From: an uncultured Paracoccus sp. | Lineage (GTDB): Bacteria; Pseudomonadota; Alphaproteobacteria; Rhodobacterales; Rhodobacteraceae | Assembly (NCBI RefSeq): GCF_937873615.1 | Contig: NZ_CALMYP010000065.1 | Span: forward strand, 97,542-161,541 | Direction of reading: 5' to 3' | Length of the DNA: 64,000 nucleotides | In this document: positions 9,617 to 19,674 of the stretch, piece after piece | Layout of the letters: every line of letters begins with the position of its first letter | How positions within the stretch are numbered: the stretch's first letter is position 1 | Translations under genes and position numbers: made by a program | The notes under the pieces: model-generated | Database searches by the model: none | Seen by the model: the letters and a program-made list of their open reading frames with translations, nothing else | What the model was told of the DNA's origin: nothing

Positions 9617-10015
9617 TCAGTCGGGGATCACCGCCGTCGCCTCGATCTCGACCTTGGCGCGGTCCTCGACCAGGGCCACGACCTGCACCAGTGCCATGGC
9701 CGGATAGCTCTTGCCGATGACCTCGCGATAGGCCCGCCCGGTTTCTTTCAACGCCGCAAGGTATTCCGCCTTGTCGGTGACATACCAGGTCAACCGCACC
9801 AGATGTTCGGGCTTTGCCCCTGCCTCGGCCAGAATGGCCACGATGCTGCGCAACGCGGTTTCGACCTGAGCGGCAAAATCGTCGGTTTCAAACTCCTGAT
9901 CGGCGTTCCAGCCGACCACCCCGCCGGTAAAGACCATGCGCCCGCGTGCGGCAATGCCGTTCGAATAGCCGGGGGTCGCTTTCCAGCCCTTTGGGTGCAG
10001 CACCTCATGTTGCAT
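9617..10015 (-). CDS. RidA/YjgF-family enamine/imine deaminase
   Basis: GYSNGIAA.G, FTGGVVGW, YPAMALVQV..L, KVEIEATA. Confidence 0.9.
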   Translation of the reverse strand: MQHEVLHPKGWKATPGYSNGIAARGRMVFTGGVVGWNADQEFETDDFAAQVETALRSIVAILAEAGAKPEHLVRLTWYVTDKAEYLAALKETGRAYREVIGKSYPAMALVQVVALVEDRAKVEIEATAVIPD

Positions 10016-10424
10016 CGCATTGCTCCTTGAATTTCATCATCGTCTCGCGGATCCCGTCCGGCCACGGCGTGGCCTTTCCGCCATCCGAGACCCAGACAAC
10101 CGTCAGCATCGCCGCCAGCCGCTTCTCGCCATCGCAGTCTGCGCGCAGATCGAAAGCCGCGCTCGCGCCGCCGATGCGATGGATCTCCAATGTGAAATCC
10201 AGCAGGTCACCAAGGCGGGAAGGGGCGGAGAATTCGGCCTCGATGCGGACCGTCGGCACGCCCGTGCCCTCGTCGAGATGCATCCGGCGGAAGGGATAGC
10301 CGACGACTTCGGCAAAGAAGTTCTCGACGACCGAGTTGGTCATCTCGAAATAACGGGGATAGAAGACGATCCCCGCCGGATCGCAATGGTTGAACTCGAC
10401 CTGAATGCGACGGCGATAGATCAT
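10005..10424 (-). CDS. Acyl-CoA thioesterase (4-hydroxybenzoyl-CoA thioesterase/hotdog family)
   Basis: [14 protein letters not shown] hotdog motif; LGDLL.F. Confidence 0.88.
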   Translation of the reverse strand: MIYRRRIQVEFNHCDPAGIVFYPRYFEMTNSVVENFFAEVVGYPFRRMHLDEGTGVPTVRIEAEFSAPSRLGDLLDFTLEIHRIGGASAAFDLRADCDGEKRLAAMLTVVWVSDGGKATPWPDGIRETMMKFKEQCDAT

Positions 10425-11545
10425 GGCATTACACTTCGCGCGATGATCAGGCGCTGCACGTCGCTGGCACCTTCATAGATGCGCAGGGCGCGGATCTCTC
10501 GATAAAGCTCCTCGACCTTGACGCCATGCTTCACGCCGTCGCCGCCATGAAGCTGAACCGCCATGTCGATCACCTCCTGCGCGGCCTCGGTGGCGTAAAG
10601 CTTGGCCATCGCCGCCTCGCGGCTGATGCGCGACGCGCCCCGGTCCTTGGTCCAGGCGGCGCGATAGATCAGCAGCGCCGCCGCGTCGATCTTCAATGCC
10701 ATATCGGCCAGATGCCCCTGCACCATCTGCAACGAAGCCAGCGCCTCGCCCTGAATGCGGCGGCTGGCCGTTCGCGCGAGCGCCTCGTCAAAGGCCCGTC
10801 GCGCCATGCCAAGCGCCGCCGCGCCAACTGTCGGGCGGAACACGTCCAGAACCGACATGGCCAGCTTGAACCCCTGCCCCGGCTGGCCGATCAGCGCCGC
10901 ATCGGGCAGGAAGGCACCCTCCATCCGCAGGGTCGCCAGCGGATGCGGGGCGATCACCTCGATCCTCTCTGCGATGGAGAGGCCCGCAGTCTCTGCCGGC
11001 ATCAGGAAGGCCGACAGGCCGCGCGCGCCCGGCGCCTCGCCGGTGCGGGCGAAAATGACGTAAAGATCGGCGATGCCGCCGTTGGAGATATAGGTCTTCT
11101 CGCCGCTCAGGCGGTAGCCGCCCTCGACCTTCTCGGCGGTGGTCGTGGTGGCGGCCACGTCGGAACCCGATCCCGGCTCGGTCAGGGCGAAGGCTGAAAT
11201 CGCGGTGCCGGCGCGGGTGCGGTCCAGCCAGGCGCGTTGTTCGGGCGTGCCGAAAAGGCTGATCGCCCCCATGCCCAGCCCCTGCATGGCAAAGGCGAAA
11301 TCGGCAAGCGCATCGTGCCGGGCCAGCGTCTCTCGGATCAGGCAGAGCGTGCGCACGTCAAGCGCCTCGCCCCCCGAATGGCGCAGCCAGCCGCCCTGCC
11401 CAAGCGCCGCAACCAGCCCGCGACAGGCCGCGTCCACATCGCCATGATCGACCGGCAGATTGGCGGCGCACCAATCATCCAGCGCCGCCGCCAGGTCGCG
11501 GTGGTGATCCTCGAAAAACGGCCAATCCAGAAAACTGCGATCCAT
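10421..11545 (-). CDS. Acyl-CoA dehydrogenase family protein
   Basis: [12 protein letters not shown]-terminus typical of anthraniloyl-CoA clusters; [38 protein letters not shown]. Start moved to 11545. Confidence 0.9.
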   Translation of the reverse strand: MDRSFLDWPFFEDHHRDLAAALDDWCAANLPVDHGDVDAACRGLVAALGQGGWLRHSGGEALDVRTLCLIRETLARHDALADFAFAMQGLGMGAISLFGTPEQRAWLDRTRAGTAISAFALTEPGSGSDVAATTTTAEKVEGGYRLSGEKTYISNGGIADLYVIFARTGEAPGARGLSAFLMPAETAGLSIAERIEVIAPHPLATLRMEGAFLPDAALIGQPGQGFKLAMSVLDVFRPTVGAAALGMARRAFDEALARTASRRIQGEALASLQMVQGHLADMALKIDAAALLIYRAAWTKDRGASRISREAAMAKLYATEAAQEVIDMAVQLHGGDGVKHGVKVEELYREIRALRIYEGASDVQRLIIARSVMP

Positions 11546-11588
11546 AACCTTACCCAAATCCTGACCGGGGGCGCTTGCCCCTGCGTGG

Positions 11589-12401
11589 TCAATTCCCTTC
11601 GAAAACCGGCTTTTCCTTGCCGACAAAGGCGCGATAGGCGCGGGCGAAATCCTGTGTCTGCATACAGATCGCCTGCGCCTGCGCCTCGGCCTCGATGGCC
11701 TGTTCAAGACCCATGTTCCATTCCTGGTTCAGCTGGGTCTTGGTGATCCCATGGGCAAAGACCGGCCCCGCCGCGATGCGATGCGCCAGCTTTTGCGCCT
11801 CTGCCTCCAGCCCATCGGCGGGGTGCAGGCTGTTCCAGAACCCCCAGGCCGCACCTTCTTCGGCGCCCATCACCCGACCGGTATAAAGAAGCTCTGCCGC
11901 GCGGCCTTGGCCGATGATCCGGGGCAGCATGGCGCAGGCCCCCATGTCGCAGCCGGCAAGGCCGACGCGGGTGAACAGGAAGGCGCATTTCGCCTCGGGC
12001 GTTGCCAGCCGCAGATCCGAGGCCATGGCGATGATCGCCCCGGCCCCCACGCAGATCCCGTCCACCGCCGCGATCACCGGCTTGCCGCAGCCGATCATCG
12101 CCTTGACCAGATCGCCGGTCATGCGGGTGAAGGCCAGAAGCCCTTTCATGTCCATGCCGACCAGCGGGCCGATGATGTCATGCACATCCCCGCCCGAGCT
12201 GAAATTCCCGCCATTCGAGGCGAAGACGACCACATCGACATCACTTGCATAGGCCAGGGCACGGAACGTGTCGCGCAACTCGGCATAGCTTTCGAAGGTC
12301 AGCGGGTTCTTCCGCTCTGGCCGGTCGAGCCGGATGGTGGCGATGCGGTCGTGGCACTGCCAGAGGAAATGTTTCGGGGTGATCCCGGCCATCTCGGTCA
12401 T
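11589..12401 (-). CDS. Enoyl-CoA hydratase family protein
   Basis: [39 protein letters not shown]; AAGGA RBS before ATG 12401. Confidence 0.9.
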   Translation of the reverse strand: MTEMAGITPKHFLWQCHDRIATIRLDRPERKNPLTFESYAELRDTFRALAYASDVDVVVFASNGGNFSSGGDVHDIIGPLVGMDMKGLLAFTRMTGDLVKAMIGCGKPVIAAVDGICVGAGAIIAMASDLRLATPEAKCAFLFTRVGLAGCDMGACAMLPRIIGQGRAAELLYTGRVMGAEEGAAWGFWNSLHPADGLEAEAQKLAHRIAAGPVFAHGITKTQLNQEWNMGLEQAIEAEAQAQAICMQTQDFARAYRAFVGKEKPVFEGN

Positions 12402-12431
12402 GTCATATCCTTGGTTCACGGTTTCGGGCGC

Positions 12432-13172
12432 TCATATCTCGCCACCGGCAATGGCAATGGCCTGCCCGTTGATCGCGTCCGAGCCTGCCCCGCAGAGCCA
12501 GAGCGCGGCGGCACTGACCTCGGCTGGCTGAACCAGCCGGGCCTGCGGGTTGGATGCGGTCAGCGCCGAAAGCGCCTGCGCCCGGTCGCCGCCGGTCTTC
12601 TTCATGATATTGGCGATGGAACGCTCGGTCATTTCGGTGTCGAGAAAACCGGGGCAGAGCGCATTCGCCGTCACTGGCCGCTTCGCCACTTCCAGCGCCA
12701 GGCTGCGGATCAGCCCGACCACGCCATGTTTCGCCGCCGCATAGGGCGCGACATAGCGATAGCCCTTCAGCCCGGCGGTCGAGGCGATGGCGATCAGCCG
12801 ACCCCAGCCGTCCATCCGCAGAAGCCCTTCGCGCAGGGTCAGGAAGGTGCCGGTCAGGTTGACTGCCAGCATGGCATTCCAGTGATCCAGATCGACACGG
12901 TGAAATGGCGCGCTATTGGCCGCACCGGCATTGGCGATGACGATATCGCAGGGGCCGGCGGCGTCGAACATGGCCCGGGTGCTGGCCTCGTCGGTCACAT
13001 CGGCGGTCACGGCAAGGGCACCGGGCAGCGTGGCCGCCAGGCTTTCCAGCGGTTCCGCGCGACGCCCGGCAATGACGACACGCGCACCGGCACCGGCAAA
13101 GGCGCGTGCCAGATCGGCACCCACGCCCGAGCCCCCGCCCGTGATCAAAACCTGCTTGCCTGCAAGCGCCAT
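12432..13172 (-). CDS. SDR, 3-hydroxyacyl-CoA dehydrogenase-like
   Basis: ITGGGSGVG, NAG, YAAAKHG, NALCPGF.DT. Start moved to 13172. Confidence 0.9.
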   Translation of the reverse strand: MALAGKQVLITGGGSGVGADLARAFAGAGARVVIAGRRAEPLESLAATLPGALAVTADVTDEASTRAMFDAAGPCDIVIANAGAANSAPFHRVDLDHWNAMLAVNLTGTFLTLREGLLRMDGWGRLIAIASTAGLKGYRYVAPYAAAKHGVVGLIRSLALEVAKRPVTANALCPGFLDTEMTERSIANIMKKTGGDRAQALSALTASNPQARLVQPAEVSAAALWLCGAGSDAINGQAIAIAGGEI

Positions 13173-13270
13173 TGCCTGCCCCCTCCACTCGCCCTGCTCA
13201 ACGAACCGTGCCATAGCCATAAGTTTATATCAAACACAAATAGTTTGAACACGAAGCACCTTCTGCGCGC

Positions 13271-14458
13271 TCAAAAGAACGCCTGCAACCCGGTCTGGGC
13301 GCGACCGAGGATCAGCGCATGGACATCATGCGTGCCCTCATAGGTATTCACGGTTTCCAGGTTCACCATGTGGCGGAAGACCGGGAATTCGTCGGAAATG
13401 CCGTTGCCACCATGCATGTCGCGCGCCATACGCGCGATTTCCAGCGCCTTGCCGCAATTGTTGCGCTTGATGAGAGAGATCATCTCGGGCGCCATCTTGC
13501 CCTCTTCGAACAACCGCCCGACACGCAGCGCGGCCTGAAGCCCGATGGTGATTTCGGTCATCATGTCGGCCAGCTTCTTCTGGTAAAGCTGGGTCTGCGC
13601 AAGAGGCCGGTCGAATTGCTTGCGGTCAAGCCCGTATTGCCGCGCCGCATGCCAGCAGGTCTCGGCAGCCCCCATCGCCCCCCAGGCAATGCCGTAACGC
13701 GCGCGGTTCAGGCAGCCGAAGGGGCCGGCAAGGCCCTCGATCTCCGGGAAGATCGCGCTTTCCGGAATCTCGACATTCTCCATGACGATCTCGCCGGTGA
13801 TCGAGGCGCGCAAGGACAGCTTGCCTTCGATTTTCGGCGCCGACAGCCCCTTCATGCCCTTTTCCAGCACGAAGCCTCGGATCTTGCCGCCATGCGCCTC
13901 GGACTTGGCCCAGACCACGAAGACATCGGCAAGGGGAGCGTTCGAGATCCACATCTTGGTGCCGTTCAGCACATAGCCGCCCGGAACCTTTCGCGCCACC
14001 GTGCGCATGCCGCCCGGATCGGACCCCGCATCCGGTTCGGTCAGGCCGAAACAGCCGATCCACTCGCCCGAGGCCAGCTTGGGCAGGTATTTCTGCCGCT
14101 GCTCTTCCGAGCCATAGGCATGGATCGGATACATCACCAACGAGGACTGCACCGACATCATGCTGCGATAGCCGCTGTCCACACGCTCGACCTCGCGCGC
14201 GACAAGGCCATAGGCGACATATCCCGCGCCGATGCCGCCATATTCCTCGGGCACGGTCACGCCCAACAGGCCCTGCGCGCCCATTTCGGCGAAGATCTCG
14301 GGGTCGGTCTGCTCGTTGCGGAAAGCCTCGCGGACGCGCGGTTCCAGCTTCGACTGCGCATAGGCGCGGGCGCTGTCGCGGATCATTCGTTCTTCGCTGC
14401 TCAACTGCTGATCCAGCAGGAAGGCATCGTCCCAGACGAGCTTGTTGGTGTCTTTCAT
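13271..14458 (-). CDS. gcdH: Glutaryl-CoA dehydrogenase
   Basis: W.D.FLLDQQL..EERMIRD; [19 protein letters not shown]; [14 protein letters not shown]; [11 protein letters not shown]; [18 protein letters not shown]. Confidence 0.92.
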   Translation of the reverse strand: MKDTNKLVWDDAFLLDQQLSSEERMIRDSARAYAQSKLEPRVREAFRNEQTDPEIFAEMGAQGLLGVTVPEEYGGIGAGYVAYGLVAREVERVDSGYRSMMSVQSSLVMYPIHAYGSEEQRQKYLPKLASGEWIGCFGLTEPDAGSDPGGMRTVARKVPGGYVLNGTKMWISNAPLADVFVVWAKSEAHGGKIRGFVLEKGMKGLSAPKIEGKLSLRASITGEIVMENVEIPESAIFPEIEGLAGPFGCLNRARYGIAWGAMGAAETCWHAARQYGLDRKQFDRPLAQTQLYQKKLADMMTEITIGLQAALRVGRLFEEGKMAPEMISLIKRNNCGKALEIARMARDMHGGNGISDEFPVFRHMVNLETVNTYEGTHDVHALILGRAQTGLQAFF

Positions 14459-14468
14459 TATCCTGTCC

Positions 14469-16817
14469 TCATCCCCGCATATGCTGGCCGGGGGCGGCCT
14501 TGCGCTGGAGTTCCAGCAGTTTCTCGCGCGCCTTCTCGGCCTCTCGGAAAGCCTGCGCCCCGCCTGCGGCATAGGGCTTCGGCCAGGCCTTGCGGTTCTG
14601 CGCGCCATACCAGGCCGCGGCCTGATTGGCGAAGAAGGGGTTCGACAGATGCGGTCGGCCAATGGCGACCAGATCGGCGCGGCGGGTGTGCAGGATGGTA
14701 TTGACCTGCCCCGGCTCGGTAATGGCGCCCACGGCCATGGTGGCCATCTTCGGCACATTGCGCACGGCCTCGGCCAGGTGGGTCTGGAACATGCGGCCAT
14801 AGATCGGCTTCTGGTCCGGCACGGTCTGCCCGGCAGACACGTCGATCAGGTCGCAGCCGGCATCGCGGAAGGCCTCGGCAATGGCGAAAAGATCCGCCTC
14901 GCTCAGCCCGCCCTCTTTCCAGTCGCTGCCCGAGACGCGCACCGACATCGGCCGATCCTCTGGCCAGACGGCGCGCATGGCCGCGAAGACCTCCAACGGA
15001 AAGCGCAGGCGGTTTTCAACGCTGCCGCCATAATCATCGCCGCGCAGATTGGTCAGCGGCGACAGGAACGAGGCCAGCAGGTAGCCATGGGCGCAATGCA
15101 GTTCCAGCATGTCGAAGCCGGCCCGCGCGGCGCGTTCGGTCGCCTGCACGAAATCGGCCTTGATCCGGTCCATGCCCGCCCGATCCAGTTCCGCCGGAAC
15201 CTGGCTTACGCCCTCGAACCACGGAATCGGAGAGGCCGAGACAAGCGGCCAATTCTCCCCGCTCTCGGCAATCGGATGATCCATCCTTTCCCAGCCAAGC
15301 TGAGTCGAGCCCTTGCGACCCGCATGTCCCAACTGCATCGCCACCTTGGCGCCGGTATTGTCGTGGATGAAATCGACGATCTCGGTCCAACGACGTTCCT
15401 GCTCGTCGGTCCACATGCCGGGGCAGCCCTGCGTGATGCGGGCATCGGCGGAAGGACAGGTCATTTCGGTGAAGATCAGCCCCATGCCGCCGGTGGCATG
15501 GCTGCAATAATGCACCTTCAGCCAGTCGGTCGGATTGCCGTCGCGGTCGCAGCTGTATTGCGCCATGGGCGACATGACGACACGGTTCATCAACTCCATC
15601 CCGCGCAGGCGGAAGCGCGAGAACATCGGCGTCGGCCGGGTCTCGCGCAGATCCTCGCCGGTTTCGCGCAGGTGACGAGAATACCATTCGTCATCGGCGC
15701 AGCGCACGAAATCGGGGTCACGCACGATCAGGTTGTCATAGGTGATCGACTTGGCGCGGCACATGACCACCATGGCGAACTGGTATGGCTCCATATCCCA
15801 GGACCGGTTCATATGCTCGAACCAGGCGAGCGACACATCGGCATTGTGCTGGATGATCTGGCAGGGCGTCCGCCGGGCCGTGTCATAGGCGCGAAAGGCC
15901 GCCTGCACATCGGTCTCGGCATGTTCCAGCAGCGCATCCGACAGCGCAATGGCGCATTCCATCGCCAGCTTGGTCCCCGACCCGATCGAGAAATGCGCGC
16001 TCGCCTTCGCATCGCCCAGGATGACGATATTGTCGACGAACCAGTTCTCGCAGAAGACGCGCGGGAAATTGCGCCAGTTCGAGCGGTTCAGCAGCAGCGG
16101 ATGGCCCTGCAATTCCTCGGCAAAGATCGCCTCAAGCTTGGCCTTGGAACCTTCCTCGTCGAATTCCTGAAATCCGTGGCCCTGCCAGGTGGCTTCGTCC
16201 ATCTCGAAGACCCAGGTCGAGCGGTCCTTCTGATACTGATAGCAATGCGCGACCATCTGGCCATGCTCGGTCTCGCGGAAGAAATAGTTGAACTCGTCCA
16301 TGGGCCGGCTGGAGCCCATCCAGCAGAAACGGTTCGATTTCCAGACCGTGCTTGGCTGGAAACCATCCTTGTAATGCTCGCGAATGGCCGAGTTGATGCC
16401 GTCGCCGGCCACGATCACGTCGGAATCGGCGAAGCGGGTCTTCAGGTCCTCGGGCTTGATCTCGACCCCGAATTCCAGGCGCACACCCAGTTCGGCGCAG
16501 CGGTCCTGCAGGATGGTCAGCAGGGTCTGGCGCGAGGTGCCGCAGAAGCCGTTGCCGGCACAGCGCATTTCCTGCCCCTTGAAATGCACGGCAACGTCGT
16601 CCCAATAGGCGAATTCGTCGCGGATGCGGTCGAAAACCGGCTTGTCGCGGCTGAGAAACTGGTCGAGCGTCTCGTCCGAGAACACCACCCCGAAGCCGAA
16701 CGTATCGTCCGGCTGGTTGCGCTCATAAACCTCGATATCCCAGTCGGGCCGCGCCTTCTTGGTCAGAAGCGCAGTATACAGCCCGCCCGGGCCACCGCCG
16801 ATTACCGTGATTTTCAA
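14469..16817 (-). CDS. Bifunctional salicylyl-CoA 5-hydroxylase / 2-aminobenzoyl-CoA monooxygenase-reductase (AbmA-like; FAD monooxygenase fused to an OYE-type domain)
   Basis: N-terminal [37 protein letters not shown]; C-terminal OYE motifs [41 protein letters not shown] start at 16817 with GGAGG 5 nt upstream. Confidence 0.9.
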   Translation of the reverse strand: MKITVIGGGPGGLYTALLTKKARPDWDIEVYERNQPDDTFGFGVVFSDETLDQFLSRDKPVFDRIRDEFAYWDDVAVHFKGQEMRCAGNGFCGTSRQTLLTILQDRCAELGVRLEFGVEIKPEDLKTRFADSDVIVAGDGINSAIREHYKDGFQPSTVWKSNRFCWMGSSRPMDEFNYFFRETEHGQMVAHCYQYQKDRSTWVFEMDEATWQGHGFQEFDEEGSKAKLEAIFAEELQGHPLLLNRSNWRNFPRVFCENWFVDNIVILGDAKASAHFSIGSGTKLAMECAIALSDALLEHAETDVQAAFRAYDTARRTPCQIIQHNADVSLAWFEHMNRSWDMEPYQFAMVVMCRAKSITYDNLIVRDPDFVRCADDEWYSRHLRETGEDLRETRPTPMFSRFRLRGMELMNRVVMSPMAQYSCDRDGNPTDWLKVHYCSHATGGMGLIFTEMTCPSADARITQGCPGMWTDEQERRWTEIVDFIHDNTGAKVAMQLGHAGRKGSTQLGWERMDHPIAESGENWPLVSASPIPWFEGVSQVPAELDRAGMDRIKADFVQATERAARAGFDMLELHCAHGYLLASFLSPLTNLRGDDYGGSVENRLRFPLEVFAAMRAVWPEDRPMSVRVSGSDWKEGGLSEADLFAIAEAFRDAGCDLIDVSAGQTVPDQKPIYGRMFQTHLAEAVRNVPKMATMAVGAITEPGQVNTILHTRRADLVAIGRPHLSNPFFANQAAAWYGAQNRKAWPKPYAAGGAQAFREAEKAREKLLELQRKAAPGQHMRG

Positions 16818-16874
16818 TGCAACCTCCTGCGAATCGAAGTTCATGGGCTGACCAATCCCTAACATGCCTGAGTT

Positions 16875-16896
16875 TATATTTTAAGCTCAAAATATA
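16875..16896. promoter_or_regulatory. 22-bp near-perfect palindrome TATATTTTAAGCTCAAAATATA, candidate MarR operator
   Basis: Differs from its reverse complement at only 2 positions; about 60 bp upstream of the abmA-like start; core is 12/16 identical to the sites at 5475 and 6240. Confidence 0.65.
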
Positions 16897-16935
16897 TGAA
16901 GTTGAAACTCATCTTTCATGGCGAGGTCCCGCCCC

Positions 16936-17979
16936 TCAGTTCAGGTTCTCACGAAAGAAGATGTCCAGCTTCGGCGCCAACGCCGCGCCATCCTGCGCCG
17001 CCAGCCGGGCAATGGTGGCCTCGATCAGCAGGTTCGGGTCCAGTTCGAAAACCGCATCCATGGTGCCGTCGATCAGCGCCCGGCGGGTATCGGCGGTCAG
17101 CCCGTGCCCGATCAGGACCACATCCTGTCGCCCCCTCTCGCGCAGCGCCCGACAGATCCCGCCCGAGGCACCGCCGATATTGTAGATGCCGACGAGATCC
17201 CGGTTCTGTTCCAGCAGGGTCAGGGTATGGCGATAATTTTCGCCCGGATCGTCATGACCCTCGCGCAGCGCCATGACGGTCAGGCCGGGAAACATCTCTT
17301 CCATGATGCTCTGCACGCCCGCCTCACGCTCGGAATGCGCCCGATACTGGCGAGAGCCGGCCAGCAGCGCCACCGAACCCGTCGCACGACCGGCGAAACG
17401 CCCGATCAGCATTCCCGCCGTGCGGCCGACGGCGTGATTGTCCAACCCGACATGGGCAATCCCCGAGGCAAGGCCAAGATCGGAAACGAAGGTGACAAGG
17501 GCGGTGCCCTGGGCGGCGACCTCGGTCGCGGCCTGCCGGACCGCCGGATGCTCGATGGCGAAGAAGGCGATGCCATCGGCCCAACCGGCATTCTTGCGCA
17601 GGGCATCGGCCAGGGCATCGGCGTTGAACCCGTCAATGAAGAAGCAGCGCAGGTTGGGCGCCCCCGGCATGATCGTCGCCGCCATCCGCGCGCGCAGCTT
17701 CTCGCCCAGAAGCTGCAGATAGGGATTGCCGCCCGAAGGCAGCAGGAAGACGATATTCGGCGGCGGTCGGGTGGTATAGGCGGCGGCATCCTCGGCGCTG
17801 AGAAGTCCCATCTCGCGGGCCAGTTCCAGCACCCTCAACCGGGTGCGCTCTTTCACGCCGCGCCGCTGGTTGATGATCCGGTCGATTGTGGCCAGCGACA
17901 CCCCTGCCGCATGGGCGAGGTCTGGCAAGGTCGGGCGGCGCGGCCCATCCCCAGCAGGCTCAGAGGGTTTCGAGCACAT
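16936..17979 (-). CDS. LacI-family transcriptional regulator
   Basis: PTLPDLAHAAGVSLATIDRIINQR HTH plus periplasmic-binding-type effector domain; divergent from the TRAP operon. Confidence 0.9.
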   Translation of the reverse strand: MCSKPSEPAGDGPRRPTLPDLAHAAGVSLATIDRIINQRRGVKERTRLRVLELAREMGLLSAEDAAAYTTRPPPNIVFLLPSGGNPYLQLLGEKLRARMAATIMPGAPNLRCFFIDGFNADALADALRKNAGWADGIAFFAIEHPAVRQAATEVAAQGTALVTFVSDLGLASGIAHVGLDNHAVGRTAGMLIGRFAGRATGSVALLAGSRQYRAHSEREAGVQSIMEEMFPGLTVMALREGHDDPGENYRHTLTLLEQNRDLVGIYNIGGASGGICRALRERGRQDVVLIGHGLTADTRRALIDGTMDAVFELDPNLLIEATIARLAAQDGAALAPKLDIFFRENLN

Positions 17980-18102
17980 CAAAACACATCATTTCATTCA
18001 TTTTGACGGATGATCGCGCGATCCCTACCCTTGGTCAATACCGTTGATGCTGCGATTCATACGGCCCGAGGAGAGGCCACTCGCACATCAAATCACATCA
18101 TT
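17974..18102. promoter_or_regulatory. Pair of 20-bp direct repeats (GCACATCAAAACACATCATT at 17974-17993; GCACATCAAATCACATCATT at 18083-18102), candidate LacI-type operators
   Basis: 19/20 identical; each holds tandem CACATCA units 10 bp apart. One covers the regulator start codon, the other sits about 20 bp before the dctP start. Confidence 0.6.
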
Positions 18103-18124
18103 CCGGGTAAGGGGGAGGAAACCC

Positions 18125-19141
18125 ATGACCAAGAGCTTCACTCAGATCCACCGTCGCGGCTTCATGGCGCTTGGCGCCGGTGCTGCCGCCATGTCGCTGC
18201 TGCCGCGCCGCGGCTTCGCGCAGACCAGCCTGCGTTACGGCCATAACAACGAGCCCGCCTCGGTCGCGGGCGCACAGGCCGACTGGTTCGCCGAGGCGCT
18301 CGGCCAGACCTCGGGCGGCGATATCGAGGTGCAGGTCTTCCCGGCAAGCCAGCTCGGCAAGCTGCAGGAACTGGCCGAAGCGGTCTCGCTTGGCACCATC
18401 GCATTCTCGCATAACACCGCCGGCGCGCTAGGTTCGCTGTATGAGCCCTTCGCGGCGCTGGATACGCCTTACCTTTACCGCGACGTGGATCACCTGATGA
18501 AGGTGACCGATGTCGACAGCCCGGTCATGCAGGAACTGAACAAGGGCCTGATCGAGGCGGCGAATGTCCGCGTGATCTATGCCCATTACTTCGGCAAGCG
18601 GAACCTGACCTGCAACAAGGCAGTGATGTCGCCGGCCGACCTTGCGGGCGTCAAGATCCGCGCCGTGCCCTTCCCGATCTATACCACCGCGGTCGAGGGC
18701 ATGGGCGCCGTCGCCGTGCCGGTCGACTGGTCCGAAGTGCCGACGGCGCTCGCGACCGGGGTCGTGCAGGGGCAGGAAAACCCGGTCAATGTGGTGCTGA
18801 ACGTCAAGCTTTACGAGGTGCAGTCGCATCTGATGCTGACCGGCCACATGTCCAATGCCGAGGTCGTGGTGATGAACGAGGACGTCTGGCAGGGCATGTC
18901 CGACACCCAGAAGGACGCGGTGCGCGAAGCCGCCAGCCAGACCCGCGAGAAGGCGACCAAGGCCATTCTGGACAATGAAGAGGCCGAGACCCAGCAGCTT
19001 CGCGATCTCGGCATGACCGTGATCGGGCCGGATGAGGGGCTGGATATCGAGGCCTTCCGCGCCTCGGTCAGCAAGCTGGTCGAGGAACGCTTCGGTGCGC
19101 AATATGGCGATCTCTACGCCCAGATCGCGGCGATCGAGTGA
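18125..19141 (+). CDS. TRAP substrate-binding protein (DctP), Tat-exported, sugar-acid type
   Basis: Twin-arginine signal HRRGFMALG; FPASQLG, GVKIRAVP, VQGQENP. Confidence 0.9.
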   Translation: MTKSFTQIHRRGFMALGAGAAAMSLLPRRGFAQTSLRYGHNNEPASVAGAQADWFAEALGQTSGGDIEVQVFPASQLGKLQELAEAVSLGTIAFSHNTAGALGSLYEPFAALDTPYLYRDVDHLMKVTDVDSPVMQELNKGLIEAANVRVIYAHYFGKRNLTCNKAVMSPADLAGVKIRAVPFPIYTTAVEGMGAVAVPVDWSEVPTALATGVVQGQENPVNVVLNVKLYEVQSHLMLTGHMSNAEVVVMNEDVWQGMSDTQKDAVREAASQTREKATKAILDNEEAETQQLRDLGMTVIGPDEGLDIEAFRASVSKLVEERFGAQYGDLYAQIAAIE

Positions 19142-19674
19142 TGCAGGCCGGGACGGAAAGGCCGGGCCTTCTGTCCCGGTTGACCCATTGGGGCATCGGC
19201 GCGGGCATGGTGCTTCTGGCGCTGATGGCCGGGCTGGTCGTGCTGCAGGTGCTGGCGCGGAACCTCGTCGATATGGGCCTGCCCTGGGCGGATGAGCTGG
19301 CGCGGTTCTGCGGGATCGGGCTGGTCTTTCTGGGCGTGCCGGCGCTTGCCGGGCGCGGGGTCATGGTCTCGGTGACCATGCTGCCCGACGCGGCTCCGGC
19401 TGCGGCGCGGCGCTGGATGGTGCTGTTCGCCGATCTTGCGACGCTGGCTTTCGCGGGCCTGCTGCTGTGGAGCTTCGCCGAATTCCTGCCCCGCGCCGGC
19501 AAGTTCCTGACCCCGGCCATGCGACTGCCCAACTGGGTCTATTATTCGCTGGCGCTCGCGGGCAGCCTGATGCTGTTCGCGGTCGCCCTGCAGCGCATCG
19601 TTGCGACGCTGCGCGGCAACAATCCCGCGACCGCCTTCGGCGGCGACGATCACGACACGGTGCCCCAGCCATGA
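19141..19674 (+). CDS. TRAP small permease (DctQ)
   Basis: QVLARN...LPWADELARF; TGATG overlap with dctP. Confidence 0.87.
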   Translation: MQAGTERPGLLSRLTHWGIGAGMVLLALMAGLVVLQVLARNLVDMGLPWADELARFCGIGLVFLGVPALAGRGVMVSVTMLPDAAPAAARRWMVLFADLATLAFAGLLLWSFAEFLPRAGKFLTPAMRLPNWVYYSLALAGSLMLFAVALQRIVATLRGNNPATAFGGDDHDTVPQP

